Part shown: one piece after another, positions 62,494 to 64,000 of the stretch
Layout: the number at the start of each line of letters is the position of its first letter
Position numbering within the stretch: position 1 is the stretch's first letter
Assembly: GCA_030532685.1 (NCBI GenBank)
Contig: JAUNKN010000006.1
Coordinates: 5,217 to 69,216, forward strand
Origin: Bacteroidales bacterium
Lineage (GTDB): Bacteria > Bacteroidota > Bacteroidia > Bacteroidales > Bacteroidaceae
Reading direction: 5' to 3'
Length of the DNA stretch: 64,000 nucleotides
Program-made: the position numbers and the translations under genes
The notes under the pieces: generated by a model
Seen by the model: the letters and a program-made list of their open reading frames with translations, nothing else
What the model was told of the DNA's origin: nothing
Database searches by the model: none

Positions 62494-62525
62494 ACATATA
62501 GCGCAAAACAATAAGAACAAATATC

Positions 62526-63125
62526 ATGGAAGAAAAAGACATCATCACCCCCGATACCGAACAGCAAGACATTCAACAAGAAACGGCAACCTCTGCCAAT
62601 GCAGAAACAACTCCCCCAAGCGACGAGAACAGCACAGCACAAAATGAAGAAGCACCTGCCGAACTGACAGATGCCGACAAATTGGCACTCGCTGAGGCCG
62701 AAATCGCTCAACTCAAAGACCAAGTGTTGCGACAAGCTGCAGAATTTGAAAACATGCGCAAACGCAACATCCAAACACAGGCCGATCTCATTTTGAATGG
62801 TGGAAAAAAAGTGCTCGAAAGCCTTCTGCCTGTGCTGGACGATATGGAGCGTGCTGCTGAACACATGGCTAAGAGTACCGATGTAGACGCACTGCGTGAG
62901 GGATTGGAATTGGTGCAGCAGAAGCTCATGCGCACACTCGAGCAGCAAGGTCTGAAACGTATGGACACGACCGATGTGCTCTTCGACACCGATTTCCACG
63001 AAGCTATTGCTCTGCTCCCCACCGACGATGAGGATAAGAAGGGAAAGGTTATCGACTGCGTGCAAACGGGCTATCTGCTCAACGACAAAGTTGTGCGCCA
63101 TGCAAAAGTAGCCGTGGGGCAATAA
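62526..63125 (+). CDS. grpE: Nucleotide exchange factor GrpE
   Basis: AEFENMRKR, LLPVLDD.ERA, FD...HEAI, GY.LNDKVVRHAKV. Confidence 0.97.
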   Translation: MEEKDIITPDTEQQDIQQETATSANAETTPPSDENSTAQNEEAPAELTDADKLALAEAEIAQLKDQVLRQAAEFENMRKRNIQTQADLILNGGKKVLESLLPVLDDMERAAEHMAKSTDVDALREGLELVQQKLMRTLEQQGLKRMDTTDVLFDTDFHEAIALLPTDDEDKKGKVIDCVQTGYLLNDKVVRHAKVAVGQ

Positions 63126-63163
63126 GTCTTTATCAACCATTTACGAACTAAGACATCTACAAC

Positions 63164-64000
63164 ATGGCAGATCTCGATTACTACGAAATACTCGGTGTTG
63201 ACAAAAGCGCGAGCGATGCCGAAATTAAAAAGGCCTACCGTAAGGTAGCCATGCAATATCACCCCGACAAAAATCCAGGCAACGCCGAAGCCGAAGAAAA
63301 ATTTAAGCAAGCGGCCGAAGCCTACGACGTACTACGCGATCCAGAAAAACGCCAACGCTACGATCAGTTTGGTAAGGCAGCTTTCCAAGGAGGAGCTGGT
63401 GGGGCTGGAGGTTATCACCACTTTACCGATATCAACGACATCTTCTCGGCCTTTGGCGACATTTTCGGAGGCGGATTTGGAGGATTCGGTGGTTTTGGTG
63501 GAGGAGCCCGTAGCGCAGGCCCTCAACAGTACCAAGGTGGCGATTTACGCTTGAAAACACGTCTTACTCTCGAAGAAATCAGTACAGGCGTAAACAAGAA
63601 ATTCAAGGTAAAAAAGCAAGTAGCTTGTGAAGAATGCAAAGGCACAGGAGCCGAAGCAGGACACACGCCCGAAACCTGCTCCGAATGTGGTGGACAAGGA
63701 TACGTCGTGCGACAGGTGCGCAGCATCTTTGGCATGATGCAGCAACAAGCTGCCTGTCCCAGCTGCCACGGCGAGGGCAAAGTGGTCAAACACAAGTGTA
63801 AGAAATGCCACGGAGATGGTATCGTACCTGGCGAAGAAATCATCGAAATCAACATTCCCGAAGGAGTGTCGGAAGGAATGGTGGTCAATGCTCCTGGAAA
63901 AGGACACGCAGGCAAGCACAATGGAGTACCAGGCGATATTCAAGTGCTCATAGAGGAGATACCTCACGAGCACTTCATCCGCGACGACAACGACCTCATC
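63164..64000 (+). CDS. dnaJ: Chaperone DnaJ (3' truncated by window)
   Basis: Own translation: [15 protein letters not shown] motif, G/F region, four CxxCxGxG zinc-finger repeats. Confidence 0.96.
   Translation, partial: MADLDYYEILGVDKSASDAEIKKAYRKVAMQYHPDKNPGNAEAEEKFKQAAEAYDVLRDPEKRQRYDQFGKAAFQGGAGGAGGYHHFTDINDIFSAFGDIFGGGFGGFGGFGGGARSAGPQQYQGGDLRLKTRLTLEEISTGVNKKFKVKKQVACEECKGTGAEAGHTPETCSECGGQGYVVRQVRSIFGMMQQQAACPSCHGEGKVVKHKCKKCHGDGIVPGEEIIEINIPEGVSEGMVVNAPGKGHAGKHNGVPGDIQVLIEEIPHEHFIRDDNDLI

Overview
Core-genome segment of a Bacteroidales chromosome, most like Prevotellaceae/Alloprevotella. This is inferred from the Bacteroidetes TAnnTTTG promoter elements, DUF content and gene order. 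It holds 51 CDSs (39 on +, two truncated by the window ends) and one tRNA-Ser(GGA). In order: an RND efflux operon with a divergent LpxA-like acyltransferase, the lon-tgt-lptF/G-DEAD-rsmG cluster, ompA, a TonB-type receptor, a split phosphotransferase/RapZ-C pair, GT8/wzx, ferritin, a galM-MFS-galK operon, glgB, ftsK-lolA-trxB, serS, cysE/cysK, nanL-GH20-GH92, an ABC-F and grpE-dnaJ. I saw no transposase, integrase, phage or CRISPR-cas genes. The main unexplained signal is non-coding. Six intergenic arrays of tandem degenerate palindromes with a strict 21-22 bp period (about two helical turns) fall into three unrelated sequence families. One family occurs four times (17 units), with shuffled and flipped units. 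Secondary points: the RND pump has two extra predicted TM helices and sits next to a non-canonical LpxA paralogue, and grpE-dnaJ has a sigma54-type promoter. All protein calls come from motif recognition, not database searches.
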